From an uncultured Acidobacteriota bacterium (GTDB lineage Bacteria > Acidobacteriota > Terriglobia > UBA7540), in NCBI GenBank assembly GCA_963804995.1, contig CAWDSK010000001.1, forward strand, positions 608,001-672,000: a stretch of 64,000 bases of DNA, given 5' to 3'. Position 1 is the first letter of the stretch. Every line of letters starts with the position of its first letter. Below are positions 48,946 to 57,913 of this stretch, piece by piece. Both the position numbers and the translations under genes were made by a program. The notes below the pieces were generated by a model. That model saw only the letters and a program-made list of their open reading frames with translations, was not told the origin of the DNA and made no database searches.

Positions 48946-49729
48946 AGTCACTCTCAAGGCCCTCTAGCAAAGAGCTTAGCGGTGTCTTGTACTCTTTGTT
49001 CTGTGCCTTAGCATACCGTAGCTGCTGCGCAATAAAAGACAGTTCCTTCTCGAAATCGTCGTCTGATAGTGACGCTGCATGCATAAGCACTAAGCGGCGC
49101 ATAACGATGTCTAGCTGAGCGAACATTTTCTCAAGGTGGCGCACTGCGTACTCTTCAATATCGCCGTTTGGGCATAGTATGCATGTGTCAGTTTTCCCAC
49201 CGCAGCCTAAGCCAGACTTCTTTACCCGCCACAAGACATAGGCGCCAAGATGCCACATCTCCTCAGCGCGCAGTGTTGGGAGGTGCGCCGTGTCTGGGAA
49301 GAATAATCCCAAATAACTATCCGCTAAGACCCCACCCGCGCCGGTGAACTCAACTGTTTTGGCCGGTCTAAGCCTTACCCCACGCGAGCACAACATTTCA
49401 CTTTTGCCGTCACAAGCAAGCCCCATGATTAATGCAAAAGTAGCTGGTTGAGGGTCCAGCTTTATGGCCTTGAAGGTAGTCCGCAGAATTCCTTCTATCT
49501 CAGTTTTTGCTTGTGGTAATGAGCTACAAGAGGGTACTGATTCGGTTATAGACTGCGCGGTCGTCTGTAGGTAGTCCCAGTCGTTAGAGCCGGTGATAAC
49601 CACGGATACTGCATCGCCTGCCCCATACCATATTTTCTTCTGCCTAGACTTTCCTGTATCGTGGGTGAGTTCCCTATCTGCGCATAACACGATACCGTCC
49701 AAGCATTGGAAACCAGCGGCGATGGTCAC
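48944..49729 (-). CDS. Proteasome beta-like Ntn-hydrolase
   Basis: GTG start gives mature T1-IAAGFQCLDGIVLCA-D17-RE...KKI; later TGAGG and GCGGKTD. Confidence 0.68.
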   Translation of the reverse strand: MTIAAGFQCLDGIVLCADRELTHDTGKSRQKKIWYGAGDAVSVVITGSNDWDYLQTTAQSITESVPSCSSLPQAKTEIEGILRTTFKAIKLDPQPATFALIMGLACDGKSEMLCSRGVRLRPAKTVEFTGAGGVLADSYLGLFFPDTAHLPTLRAEEMWHLGAYVLWRVKKSGLGCGGKTDTCILCPNGDIEEYAVRHLEKMFAQLDIVMRRLVLMHAASLSDDDFEKELSFIAQQLRYAKAQNKEYKTPLSSLLEGLESD

Positions 49730-49851
49730 GGATTCTACCTTATCCAGCAACTCACGGGGTTTATGCGGAAGGCGTAAGGAAGGATACGGCGGCTTATGCC
49801 ATATGTCAACTTGCACGGATTCAACATAGTGGTAGAGTTTGATAAATGGGT

Positions 49852-50040
49852 AGCGGGTAGCCGGTCAGTGCAGTTCTGACCGTGGGTTCTTCCGGCGGTG
49901 GTCGAGTTACAACAATTTTGCTTTGGACAAGACAACGGTGGCGGCGTGTCCCATCCAGATTGATCACTTGCGATTGCCCTTGGGGTATCGCGCATGAGAA
50001 AAGCCCACGGTCAGAAAAGCGCTGACCGTGGCTACCCGCT
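49852..50040 (+). mobile_element. Minimal REP-RAYT 3'-end element, copy E4
   Basis: AGCGGGTAGCC...GGCTACCCGCT; close match to E3 and to the 3' parts of E1 and E2. Confidence 0.85.
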
Positions 50041-50275
50041 CGTGCAGCCGTAGCCGAGCAATTAGCGGTCAGCGTGGGAACCATCTGCGGGCAGGCCAAG
50101 GCGGTCGCTAATTAGGTCTGCCGGTTTCTACGGCGCGGGCTAACTCCAAGCCTCGCTAAGGCATGTCGGGTGAAGGCGAATAACCGCCTGAAAAGCCTCG
50201 CCGGGCCTGCAATGACCCACAGCTCAGTGAACTTGCGTGACCTGCGGAGGCGCAGCAGGAATTGGCAAAAGCGGT

Positions 50276-50710
50276 TTAAGTGCCTTTCGCCGCTTTGTCA
50301 ACATCCTTGCGGAGAGTCTTGGCCACGTCTTGAGCACGGAGCTTAACCGTGTCTGCTCCGCCAAACTTGAGATGCGGTTGGAAGTCTTTCTCCCACAAGC
50401 GCAATCCATCAGGAGTCTTCATGACCACAGTCACACGGGCACGAGACTCTTCAGCATAGACACGAACAGACAAGGCGCCTGTCAAAACAGCGTCGGCGGT
50501 CTTTGCATCTTCGGTTGTGGCGAAATGGGCTTTGCCCAGTTCGTCTGCAAGAAGAAGTCGGAAACGCTCGGCTTCATCGCTTTGGCCCATCGAGCCGACA
50601 TAGATTTTCTTGACCGACGCAAGAGACCCGTTTCCTTGAGCGAAGCATGTAGCCGTCACCAACACGCAGAATAGGATGACAGTGGTCATGGCTAGATTTT
50701 TAGTCGTCAT
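50276..50710 (-). CDS. Small secreted hypothetical protein
   Basis: Signal peptide ending TCFA; GGAG RBS. Confidence 0.68.
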   Translation of the reverse strand: MTTKNLAMTTVILFCVLVTATCFAQGNGSLASVKKIYVGSMGQSDEAERFRLLLADELGKAHFATTEDAKTADAVLTGALSVRVYAEESRARVTVVMKTPDGLRLWEKDFQPHLKFGGADTVKLRAQDVAKTLRKDVDKAAKGT

Positions 50711-50849
50711 TGATTTCTCCAGAGCGGGGCTTCGGCATACGGGATTTTCGACAATACGCCTCGAAAGGAAGTCTTTCAACCGGAATTTCCGCTCTCATTT
50801 TCCGGTTGACCGGTAACATACACCTGACCGCCTCTGAAGGCCATGTCCC

Positions 50850-51149
50850 GCGGGCCACGGTCAGCGATTTTCTGACCGTGGGCTTTTCTCATGCCCGATG
50901 CTCCAGCGGCAGGCCGTCAATCGGGATGGAACACGCCGCTACCGTTGCCCTGTTCAAAGTAAGTTTGCTGTAACCCGACCACCGCCAGAAGAACCCACGG
51001 TCAGGACTGGTCGCCGCAGCGACACCGTGGCTACCCCCGCCTCACCCGCCGCTTGCGCGCGGGATTGAACTATTCCTGCCTGCTATGCCTTCGTCATCAA
51101 GGGAAGAACCCCAAGGCCAGAAAAACGCTGACCGCAATGGCTACCCGCT
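50850..51149 (-). mobile_element. Inverted REP-RAYT element, copy E5
   Basis: Reverse complement of the E3/E4 unit (decayed) plus a roughly 70-bp spacer and a third hairpin. Confidence 0.8.
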
Positions 51150-51378
51150 AGGCCGTCACGCCCGGGTACTCAAATACTGGTGTTTGGATAACGCGCGAGG
51201 GCGACTTTCCCTCCCATACGATGTGCTGCAAGCGTTCAGCGGTTTCGGGAGAAAAGTAGCGCTCGCCCGTCTTCAGGGACACCCGTGCGGGCACGTGCTC
51301 GACGATGATGAAACGCCCTTCGATTTCCAGCGTGTAGGTTACGTTCTGCTCAACGAAAGTTTCTTCTGAAACATCCAT
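51148..51378 (-). CDS. YgiT/MqsA-type zinc-finger-like protein (Cys residues absent)
   Basis: VTYTLEIEGRFIIVEHVPARVSLKTGERYFSPET. Confidence 0.8.
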   Translation of the reverse strand: MDVSEETFVEQNVTYTLEIEGRFIIVEHVPARVSLKTGERYFSPETAERLQHIVWEGKSPSRVIQTPVFEYPGVTA

Positions 51379-51379
51379 A

Positions 51380-51691
51380 TCATATTCTCCGTTGCTTGTA
51401 TTCGACCCACTCGTTGGGATCGGGTTCATAGACGGTGACGATCTTCACCAGAGGGCGAGACGGATAGCTGCAATGGACATGAATAGGTCTGTCCATTCTC
51501 GTGAAACCCAGGATCAGGCAACTCGGGCCATACTTATCCTCGGGATAATCCTCAATGACCGCCCCTCTGCTTATCGCTTCCCGAACCTCCTGAACGTTGA
51601 CGTGTCGCAGGATAGCCTGGTCAATTGCGTGTTGCGAAAACTCGAATAAATCTGCTGCAACCTTGGTGCGTATTGCTTCGATCAGTGGCAT
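51380..51691 (-). CDS. DUF4258 family protein (putative toxin)
   Basis: FSQHAI...VIEDYPEDKYGPSCLILG...RPIHVHC...IVTVYEPDP..W. Confidence 0.88.
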   Translation of the reverse strand: MPLIEAIRTKVAADLFEFSQHAIDQAILRHVNVQEVREAISRGAVIEDYPEDKYGPSCLILGFTRMDRPIHVHCSYPSRPLVKIVTVYEPDPNEWVEYKQRRI

Positions 51692-51798
51692 CTCTTGGAT
51701 GATAGTCCAAGGTTAGCAGAGCTGCAACAACGTGAGATACATAAAGCCCAAGGCCAGCCCCTGACTTATATCGAATTCGCGGGTGGCGCCAGCCCGCG

Positions 51799-52084
51799 AG
51801 CGGGTGGCCACGGTCAGCGTTTTTCTGACCGTGGGCTTTTCTCATGCCTGATGCTCCAGCGGCAGGTCGTCAATCTGGATGGAACACGCCGCTATCGTTG
51901 CCCTGTCCAAAGTAAGTTTGCTGTAACTCAACCACCGCCAGAAGAACCCACGGTCAGGACTGCACTGACCGTGGCTACCCCCGCCTCACCCGCCGCTTGC
52001 GCACGGGATTGAACTATTCCTGCCTGCTATGCCTTCGTCATCAAAGGAAGAACCCACGGTCAGAACTGCACTGACTGTGGCCCG
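51799..52084 (-). mobile_element. Inverted REP-RAYT element, copy E6
   Basis: Close direct repeat of E5, including the GCCTCACCCGCCGCTTGCGC...GCCTTCGTCATCAA spacer. Confidence 0.82.
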
Positions 52085-52093
52085 TTGCGGCGC

Positions 52094-52531
52094 TTAGACG
52101 CCTAGGACGCGCAATCCGGCGGCGCGGGCCAATTTGGCTTGATCCCGGTCGAAGGTGTAAAAATCGTCGGCGGCAAGCGCCAGGGCGGAAGCCACGTGGA
52201 GGGCGTCCAGGGCGCGGCAACCCAGGCTGGGCGCGTAGCGCCGGGCGAGTTCGCGCGCCCGCGCCCAGGTTTCCGAGGGCAAATCTTCCCAACGCCAAAT
52301 GCCGGTTTGCAAGTCGTGGGTGAAGTTTTCCTCGATGGCCCGAGCCTCGCGCGCCGTCCACCCCTTGGGGCGAGCCGTAACCGCGTAAACGATGCTGGTG
52401 AATTCCGTCTCGCCGAAGGGCGTAACCATGAACACGGGATGATGGGCCTGGACCAAGGCGATAGCGGGGCGGGAGTTCACATCGCGGCCATACAGCGAGA
52501 CGAGGAAACTGGTGTCCGCGTAGGAATTCAA
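52094..52531 (-). CDS. vapC: VapC/PIN toxin
   Basis: YADTSFLVSLY...RALDALHVASA...FYTFDRDQ. Confidence 0.9.
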   Translation of the reverse strand: MNSYADTSFLVSLYGRDVNSRPAIALVQAHHPVFMVTPFGETEFTSIVYAVTARPKGWTAREARAIEENFTHDLQTGIWRWEDLPSETWARARELARRYAPSLGCRALDALHVASALALAADDFYTFDRDQAKLARAAGLRVLGV

Positions 52532-52770
52532 AGGCGGCTTCGGTCCTTTCGAAGCATCTCGCCGACGTTGAGATCAATGCGCCGGTTGCCAAAGATCTTC
52601 TTCTGGCGCGCGGCGAAATCCGGGTAGGCTTTCCCGGCGGCCGGTTCGGGAATGATGCGGGCGAGAATTTCATGCCGCTTGCGGAGGACCAGGGCCTCGC
52701 CGCGGCGTAGCGGCCCCTCGACCTTGCGCGAGAACTCCTGGCGGACCTCCCGGACGGTTACGTTCTTCAT
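52528..52770 (-). CDS. Phd/YefM-like antitoxin
   Basis: MKNVTVREVRQEFS...GEALV...LARIIP; GTTACAC-N7-GTGTAAC palindrome at 52771-52791. Confidence 0.8.
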   Translation of the reverse strand: MKNVTVREVRQEFSRKVEGPLRRGEALVLRKRHEILARIIPEPAAGKAYPDFAARQKKIFGNRRIDLNVGEMLRKDRSRL

Positions 52771-52808
52771 GTTACACATTTTAGGTGTAACCTGGGGAGG
52801 AAGTCAAT

Positions 52809-52853
52809 AGCGGGTAGCCAGGGTCAGCGTTTTTCTGACCGTGGCTACCCGCT
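52809..52853. repeat. Fused single REP palindrome, copy E7
   Basis: AGCGGGTAGCCAGGGTCAGCGTTTTTCTGACCGTGGCTACCCGCT. Confidence 0.85.
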
Positions 52854-53357
52854 TTGAAATCGGCGGGGCGGCGGCGCGTGCGTTCGAGCAGCACCGAGAA
52901 CAGCTTGGGAGGCAACAGCCCGATATCCTCGGCGAAAAGGCAGGAGAGCAGTCGCATCAAAAAGTGCGCGGCGCGCTGTGGGTCGACGCCCCTCGCTCGC
53001 AAGGAGTCCGCGAGGGTTGCGAACTCAGCGGCGGCCATTTCCGTTACATCTGCCGTGCTGCGATCGGGCCGGAGCCGGGCCGGATCGGTGAACACCGCGC
53101 GGAGAACCTCGATCGGGGGTAGCGTGCAATCGGCGGTTGCTTGGTTCTTCAGCAGGTCGTCAAGCGAGAAGCGATAGACTTGCTTTGCCGTGCCGGTGAA
53201 GTTGGTATGAACCTCGAACCGCGAAATCCTCTGACGCTGGATGCGGCTCGCCCAGCACGTCACAAAGTTCAAGGAAATGCATTTGGGCGCCCGCCCGCTC
53301 CGTGAGGCTAGCGTTTCGCCACTTGTTGACAAAATCAGGTAAGGTCAGCGTTGACAT
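52854..53357 (-). pseudogene. N-terminal remnant of an MmeI-like type IIL restriction-modification enzyme
   Basis: FVNKWRNASLTERAGAQMHFLELCDVLG; deletion; VHTNFT...HFLMRLLSCLFAEDIGLLP; cut at E7. Confidence 0.8.
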
Positions 53358-53544
53358 CTGAGTAGCAGCAAGACTGTAGCATATCGCTTAACGCTGTTGA
53401 ACACTTCTGCCACAATTCCAACTGTGTATTGCATTCGCCGCGTACGACCTGGTCGTCTTGCGAAACTCCACGAAGAAGGATTTGACGACCCAGGCGGAAA
53501 TCATCGGGTCAAACATCAACGCGGCATTGGGCTTCGGAGACCAA

Positions 53545-54030
53545 CTGACAGCGAGCTGAAACAATACCGGGATCATTTGAAGGAAGAGGTCACGGCCCGC
53601 ACGGCGGAGCTGATGGCTGCCGAGGTCGAGCTTCGTCACGCCCAGAAACTCGAATCCGTCGGCAGGCTCGCCTCAGGAATCGCCCACGAAATCAACACCC
53701 CCATTCAGTTCATCGGCGATAACACACGTTTCCTCCAGGAAACCTTTGCGACACTGCGCAAGTTGCTCGAGATGTATGGGACCCTATCAACAAGGCCCTC
53801 GTCAGCACCCTGACTGTGGCGCGCAATGAGCTCAAGTACGTCTCTTTACGACCAAAGAAATCGGGCGAGGGACAGGACAGGGCTTGGCAATTGCCCGCTC
53901 CGTTGTGGTCGATCGGCACGGGGGAACACTCACCTTCGCGAGCGAAGTTGGCAAGGGAACCACTTTCTACGTTCGCCTGCCGCTCGGTGGGGAAGCAAAG
54001 CCCGGGGAAGAAAATCCCGCCTGCAACCCG
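53545..54030 (+). pseudogene. Internally deleted histidine kinase remnant
   Basis: QKLESVGRLASGIAHEINTPIQFIGDN; later FTTKEIGRGTGQGLAIARSVVVDRHGG...GKGTTFYVRLP in another frame. Confidence 0.78.
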
Positions 54031-54923
54031 CTGCAAGGGTGATCATCCTGCATTGAAAAGCCGTGATTACTTGCTGTTTTAGCAGGGAATTTCTGGAGGT
54101 GCGGCTTTTCAATTCCACCCTTTGTCTTTCGATTTTCTATGGCGGTGGCCGCCCCGCAGTACAAGTCCGCAATTTCTTGTTTTTTCTATCTAGGATTCTG
54201 TGCCATTTGTGGTATTACGAAAATAAGAGGGCTTGATCGTTTGGGTGTGGTTCCATCGTGCTGCGCTACCGGCCTTCTCAACCAAACAGGATAGAAATTG
54301 AAATCATGGCCCTCTCCGAGGGGTCGCAGATTCGCCGCGGCGGAAGAGGGTGGACTGCAGCCGGCGTTTTCACCAGCCGGGGCGGGACGGGTGAGGGGTT
54401 ACTTCACCACCCGATGAACGGACCCGCACCCAACCGAAAAACTGGCAGCACCTTTTCTAGTTTGCTTACCGCTTCGCCACGCAACACCACCTGCTTCGAG
54501 ACTCTGATCTCTAGATCGAACGAGAGTTGGCGTGAGAGGCTCAGGCGGAAAATCTGCGCATCCGGCCGGGCGAGGGGGGAAAAGGTTGAGCCCGGCATGG
54601 CGTACTCCCCGACTCTAATCCTGTAGGCCCGCGACTTTTTGTCATTAGTGGGACATGTCCCACATGTTGCTCTCCGCGGGGCATAGCGAGCGAGGTCCCA
54701 CTTAATTCCCCACCCTCACGCGTTTTCTTCCTATGACTTTTGATGAGTGGCTCCGCCGCAATATGCCACAGCATCTGCCCGCGGCAATTGCGCCAGCCTT
54801 CTTGAATCAGTCAACTCATCTTCCCAGATGCCTTCGGTGGCCGCACCTTTACTCGGAGGGATTTCAATCCTCCATCAAAATCCCACCACGGCCCGAACGG
54901 GGTGTGCGACAAATCTGTGTGGG

Positions 54924-56252
54924 TCAGGCCGCGCGGGGGCGACGGTTCTCCCAGTAATCCTCGAATTTGCCGCTCAAGCGATGGCAGCGAAGGGCGATGA
55001 TGGCATTGGCCCCGCGGACCCTCCAGAACATACCGGAGCGCTTCAGCCGAGTGCCGATGAGGGTTTTGCAGCCGGCTTCGACGACCCCGGAACCTACGAA
55101 CAGATGCTGACGCCGAAAGGTCGGATAGCGCATCCGTTGGGCGTTGACGGTAAAATAATCTGCCGCGTGGCGCAAGAGTTCGGCGGCTTCGGGCGTGGCT
55201 GGGAACAGCGAGCGCAAATCGCGCACTAGGGATTCGATCCGCCCGCTCTCCAACTTCTCCTCCCGTTTTCTGGTCCACCTTCGGCGGTGGCGCTCGTCGG
55301 TGGGCCAGAGCTGGCCCGACAGCTCCCATAAGTGCTGTCGGGCATGATAAAGATCCACAATCTGAATGGCTCCCGGAAAGTGCTCGGCGGTGAGGTTCCA
55401 AATCCAAGGAGCACCATCGCCGATCACCACTTTCTTTTGGGCCCGGTTCCAGCCCCGACGATATGCTTCGAGGTAGATGCGCCGCCCAAAAACCTCGGCC
55501 GTTTCGATGCCTCCCGTGTAGGTGGTGGAGCCTTCTTCGCGCGCCGGTCGGCCCCGGGCATCCCGTGTCGTCTGGGCGAAGACACAACCTAATTTCACTT
55601 CCCGCGGGCGCGCTTGCTCGCTCTGTTTCCCCGCTCGACCCTCGGTTTCCGAACTCACCACCGGTACTCCCGTCCCATCCATCTCCACATAGAGTACCGG
55701 AATTTCCGGTCCCCTCACCTGCGGCAAGTTCCGTTGCAGGCCTTGCTGGATCGAGGCTTGTTCCTGGGCAGCAATCTCGGCGCCCAGAGCCTCTGCCTGC
55801 CGTTCCACGGCCTTGGTGGTCACCTCCAACCCGGCCAGCAGTTGCAGTTGTTCTCGACCGAGCGCAAAGGAGGTTTCGCTGCCCACCACCGCCATCATCC
55901 GTCGCACCCCAGGAGAATATTCCGTGCCCTCCACATCCAGTTCCTGATCGCGGGGACTCTGTCCCCGGTGACAGGCCGGACAAACGTAATAGGGACGCTC
56001 GGTCTCGACCCGCCCCAGCACGGTCAGCAGTTGCTTCCGACGCCTGCCGCGGTAGGGTGCCCCCTGACCACAGCCGCAGGGAACTTGGCGAGGGCACTCG
56101 TCCGGGGCGGCCAGCAACTCCTCCAGCACCGCCGCCCCCGCCCGGTGCAAGGCCGCGCGTGTGGCCATCTCGACGGCTTCCAAATCCAGCGTCCCGGACT
56201 TGCGCCGCCCAGCAAAGATCACCGCCAGCAGGGACTCTACTTCTCGCGCCAC
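54924..56252 (-). CDS. ISKra4 family transposase
   Basis: YVEMDGTGVP, IGDGAPWIW, DLYHARQHL, VGSGVVEAGCK...RLKRSGM.W. Confidence 0.92.
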   Translation of the reverse strand: MAREVESLLAVIFAGRRKSGTLDLEAVEMATRAALHRAGAAVLEELLAAPDECPRQVPCGCGQGAPYRGRRRKQLLTVLGRVETERPYYVCPACHRGQSPRDQELDVEGTEYSPGVRRMMAVVGSETSFALGREQLQLLAGLEVTTKAVERQAEALGAEIAAQEQASIQQGLQRNLPQVRGPEIPVLYVEMDGTGVPVVSSETEGRAGKQSEQARPREVKLGCVFAQTTRDARGRPAREEGSTTYTGGIETAEVFGRRIYLEAYRRGWNRAQKKVVIGDGAPWIWNLTAEHFPGAIQIVDLYHARQHLWELSGQLWPTDERHRRRWTRKREEKLESGRIESLVRDLRSLFPATPEAAELLRHAADYFTVNAQRMRYPTFRRQHLFVGSGVVEAGCKTLIGTRLKRSGMFWRVRGANAIIALRCHRLSGKFEDYWENRRPRAA

Positions 56253-56641
56253 TTCCCGCTGAATGGCTTCCGCCGTTTTTTTTCCTGCTCCGCCGCTTCG
56301 GCCTCCTGGGGGAGGGGGCGCTGACGGCAGATTTTTTCGTTCACCTCCACGAAGGCCCGGCGCAGTTGTTGAAACCTGCGGAACTCGGCAATCTGTCGTT
56401 CCGCCTGGTGCCGGGCGGCAGGGCTGGGGAAGGTTTCGCTGACGGTCCGGCCCTGCACCTTGTAAGTGAGCCGGAAGTTAGGGCCGTGGCCGGGATGATG
56501 GGGCTGATGACAGTGACAGTTGGACTTGCCGCAGCGGGCGGTAATGCTGGTGATCGAACCACTGCGGAGGTCACCCAGTTGGGCGATCTGGCGGATCAAC
56601 TCCGCCCGTTGGTTTTCCAGGACGTTAAGGGATTGGGGCAT
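56237..56641 (-). CDS. ISKra4 accessory ORF (DUF6788-like)
   Basis: LRSGSI...RCGKSNCHC...HGP motif upstream of the transposase. Confidence 0.8.
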   Translation of the reverse strand: MPQSLNVLENQRAELIRQIAQLGDLRSGSITSITARCGKSNCHCHQPHHPGHGPNFRLTYKVQGRTVSETFPSPAARHQAERQIAEFRRFQQLRRAFVEVNEKICRQRPLPQEAEAAEQEKKRRKPFSGKWREK

Positions 56642-56825
56642 GTTAAGGCCTCCTCTATCCTAACGTATCATATACGTTAGGATATAAGCGACAAAAAAAG
56701 AGCCAGCCCAGAGCGTTACATTTATGTCGCGCACCCGCCCGAACGTTGCGGATTCCGCGCGTTCACGTTAGAGTAAAAAACTGGCCAATGCTGGCTCCTC
56801 TGAATATCGATGTAGGAACTGATCG

Positions 56826-57743
56826 ATGAGTTTTCGCGACGTTGTTCTGAACCCGTCCATCCCCATGACGCTGTTTGAGGTGGTTCCGCCCGCCGCAGCG
56901 AAGCCCGAAGCATTGGAGTCTTCTCTCCACGAACTACGGCAGGTTCGAGACCTCGTGGACGCGATCAATCTGCCGGAAATCCACGAAGAGGTCCGTCCGG
57001 GTGAGCGCACCGGCAAGTTTCTGGAGCGTGTCGAGCCACGCCAGTTCGGTGCCCGAATCAAGCGCGAACTGGGGATTGACGTGGTCATCAATCGCGTCAC
57101 CGTGCACGATGCGGAACCGGAACGCTGGTTTCGCGAAACGCTGGGCCAGACGGACATCAGCAATTGGGTTCTCGTGGGGGGCGAGTCACGCGAGATTCGC
57201 TATCCAGGCCTGGGCCCCGCCGAAGCCGCTGCTTTGGTGAAGTCCCTCGCGTTGCCGGTTTCACTGGGCGGCATCGCGATTCCCAGCCGGGAGGGTGAGC
57301 CGGAGCGCATTCGCAAGAAGCAAGGTCAGGGGATTGATTTCTTCACCTCACAGGTAATGTTTGACTCAAACGATTTGGTCTGGCTAATTCAGCGCCTCAA
57401 CGGTGTGGAGGCGCGCATCTTCATCAGTTTCGCTCCGGTCAGCCATCAGCGCGATCTGGAATTCCTGCGTTGGCTCGGTGTCGATATCCCTCAGGACCTC
57501 AACCGGTTCCTGCTCGGCTCTGAGTCGGGTGCGGCCGCCTCAGCCGCAACCTGTCTTGATCGTTCGATCAACCTGGCCCAGCGCATCCTGATGGACGTCT
57601 TCGATAATCTGCCCCCTGATCCGCCTCCCCTCGGCCTGAACATTGAGCACATTAACCGTAGGAACTTCGCACCGGCGCTCGCCATGCTTGACCGGCTGGG
57701 AAATCTCTACGCCAACCTGGTGGCCGCGCGCGCCCGCGCCTAA
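56826..57743 (+). CDS. Methylenetetrahydrofolate reductase (mycobacterial-type)
   Basis: FEVVPP, DAINLPEI, LVGGES, GIDFFTSQVMFD, FLRWLGVDIP. Confidence 0.75.
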   Translation: MSFRDVVLNPSIPMTLFEVVPPAAAKPEALESSLHELRQVRDLVDAINLPEIHEEVRPGERTGKFLERVEPRQFGARIKRELGIDVVINRVTVHDAEPERWFRETLGQTDISNWVLVGGESREIRYPGLGPAEAAALVKSLALPVSLGGIAIPSREGEPERIRKKQGQGIDFFTSQVMFDSNDLVWLIQRLNGVEARIFISFAPVSHQRDLEFLRWLGVDIPQDLNRFLLGSESGAAASAATCLDRSINLAQRILMDVFDNLPPDPPPLGLNIEHINRRNFAPALAMLDRLGNLYANLVAARARA

Positions 57744-57753
57744 ATGCAGTGGC

Positions 57754-57845
57754 GCGTGACAAGTGACGAGTGACAAGCCAGAAACACCGCGGGAGGAAAG
57801 ACGAATTCATTTGCTTGTCACTGGTCACTTGTCACTCGCCACTGC
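57754..57845. repeat. Inverted heptamer repeat hairpin
   Basis: gtgacaa gtgacga gtgacaa ... ttgtcac tggtcac ttgtcac tcgccac. Confidence 0.75.
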
Positions 57846-57913
57846 TCTTAGCGTAGAATGCCAACGTGGATCGCAAATCGTCTTGCTCAAGAACCTCCAC
57901 GCGCCCCCGAGGC

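Larger units (their letters stand above)
54900..56736 (-). mobile_element. ISKra4-family insertion sequence
   Basis: TIRs GGGTGTGCGACA and TGTCGCGCACCC; direct repeat GCCCGAACG at 54891-54899 and 56737-56745. Confidence 0.9.

Noticed and set aside
45366..52853. Classical integron or CRISPR array
   Set aside because: No tyrosine integrase or cas genes; ends lack the RYYYAAC/GTTRRRY attC cores; the repeats carry GTAG hairpins and RAYT coding remnants.
54258..54890. Gene or structured RNA interrupted by ISKra4
   Set aside because: Rejoining the flanks gave no convincing ORF or RNA family; only a CCCTCTCC-type hairpin repeat is visible.
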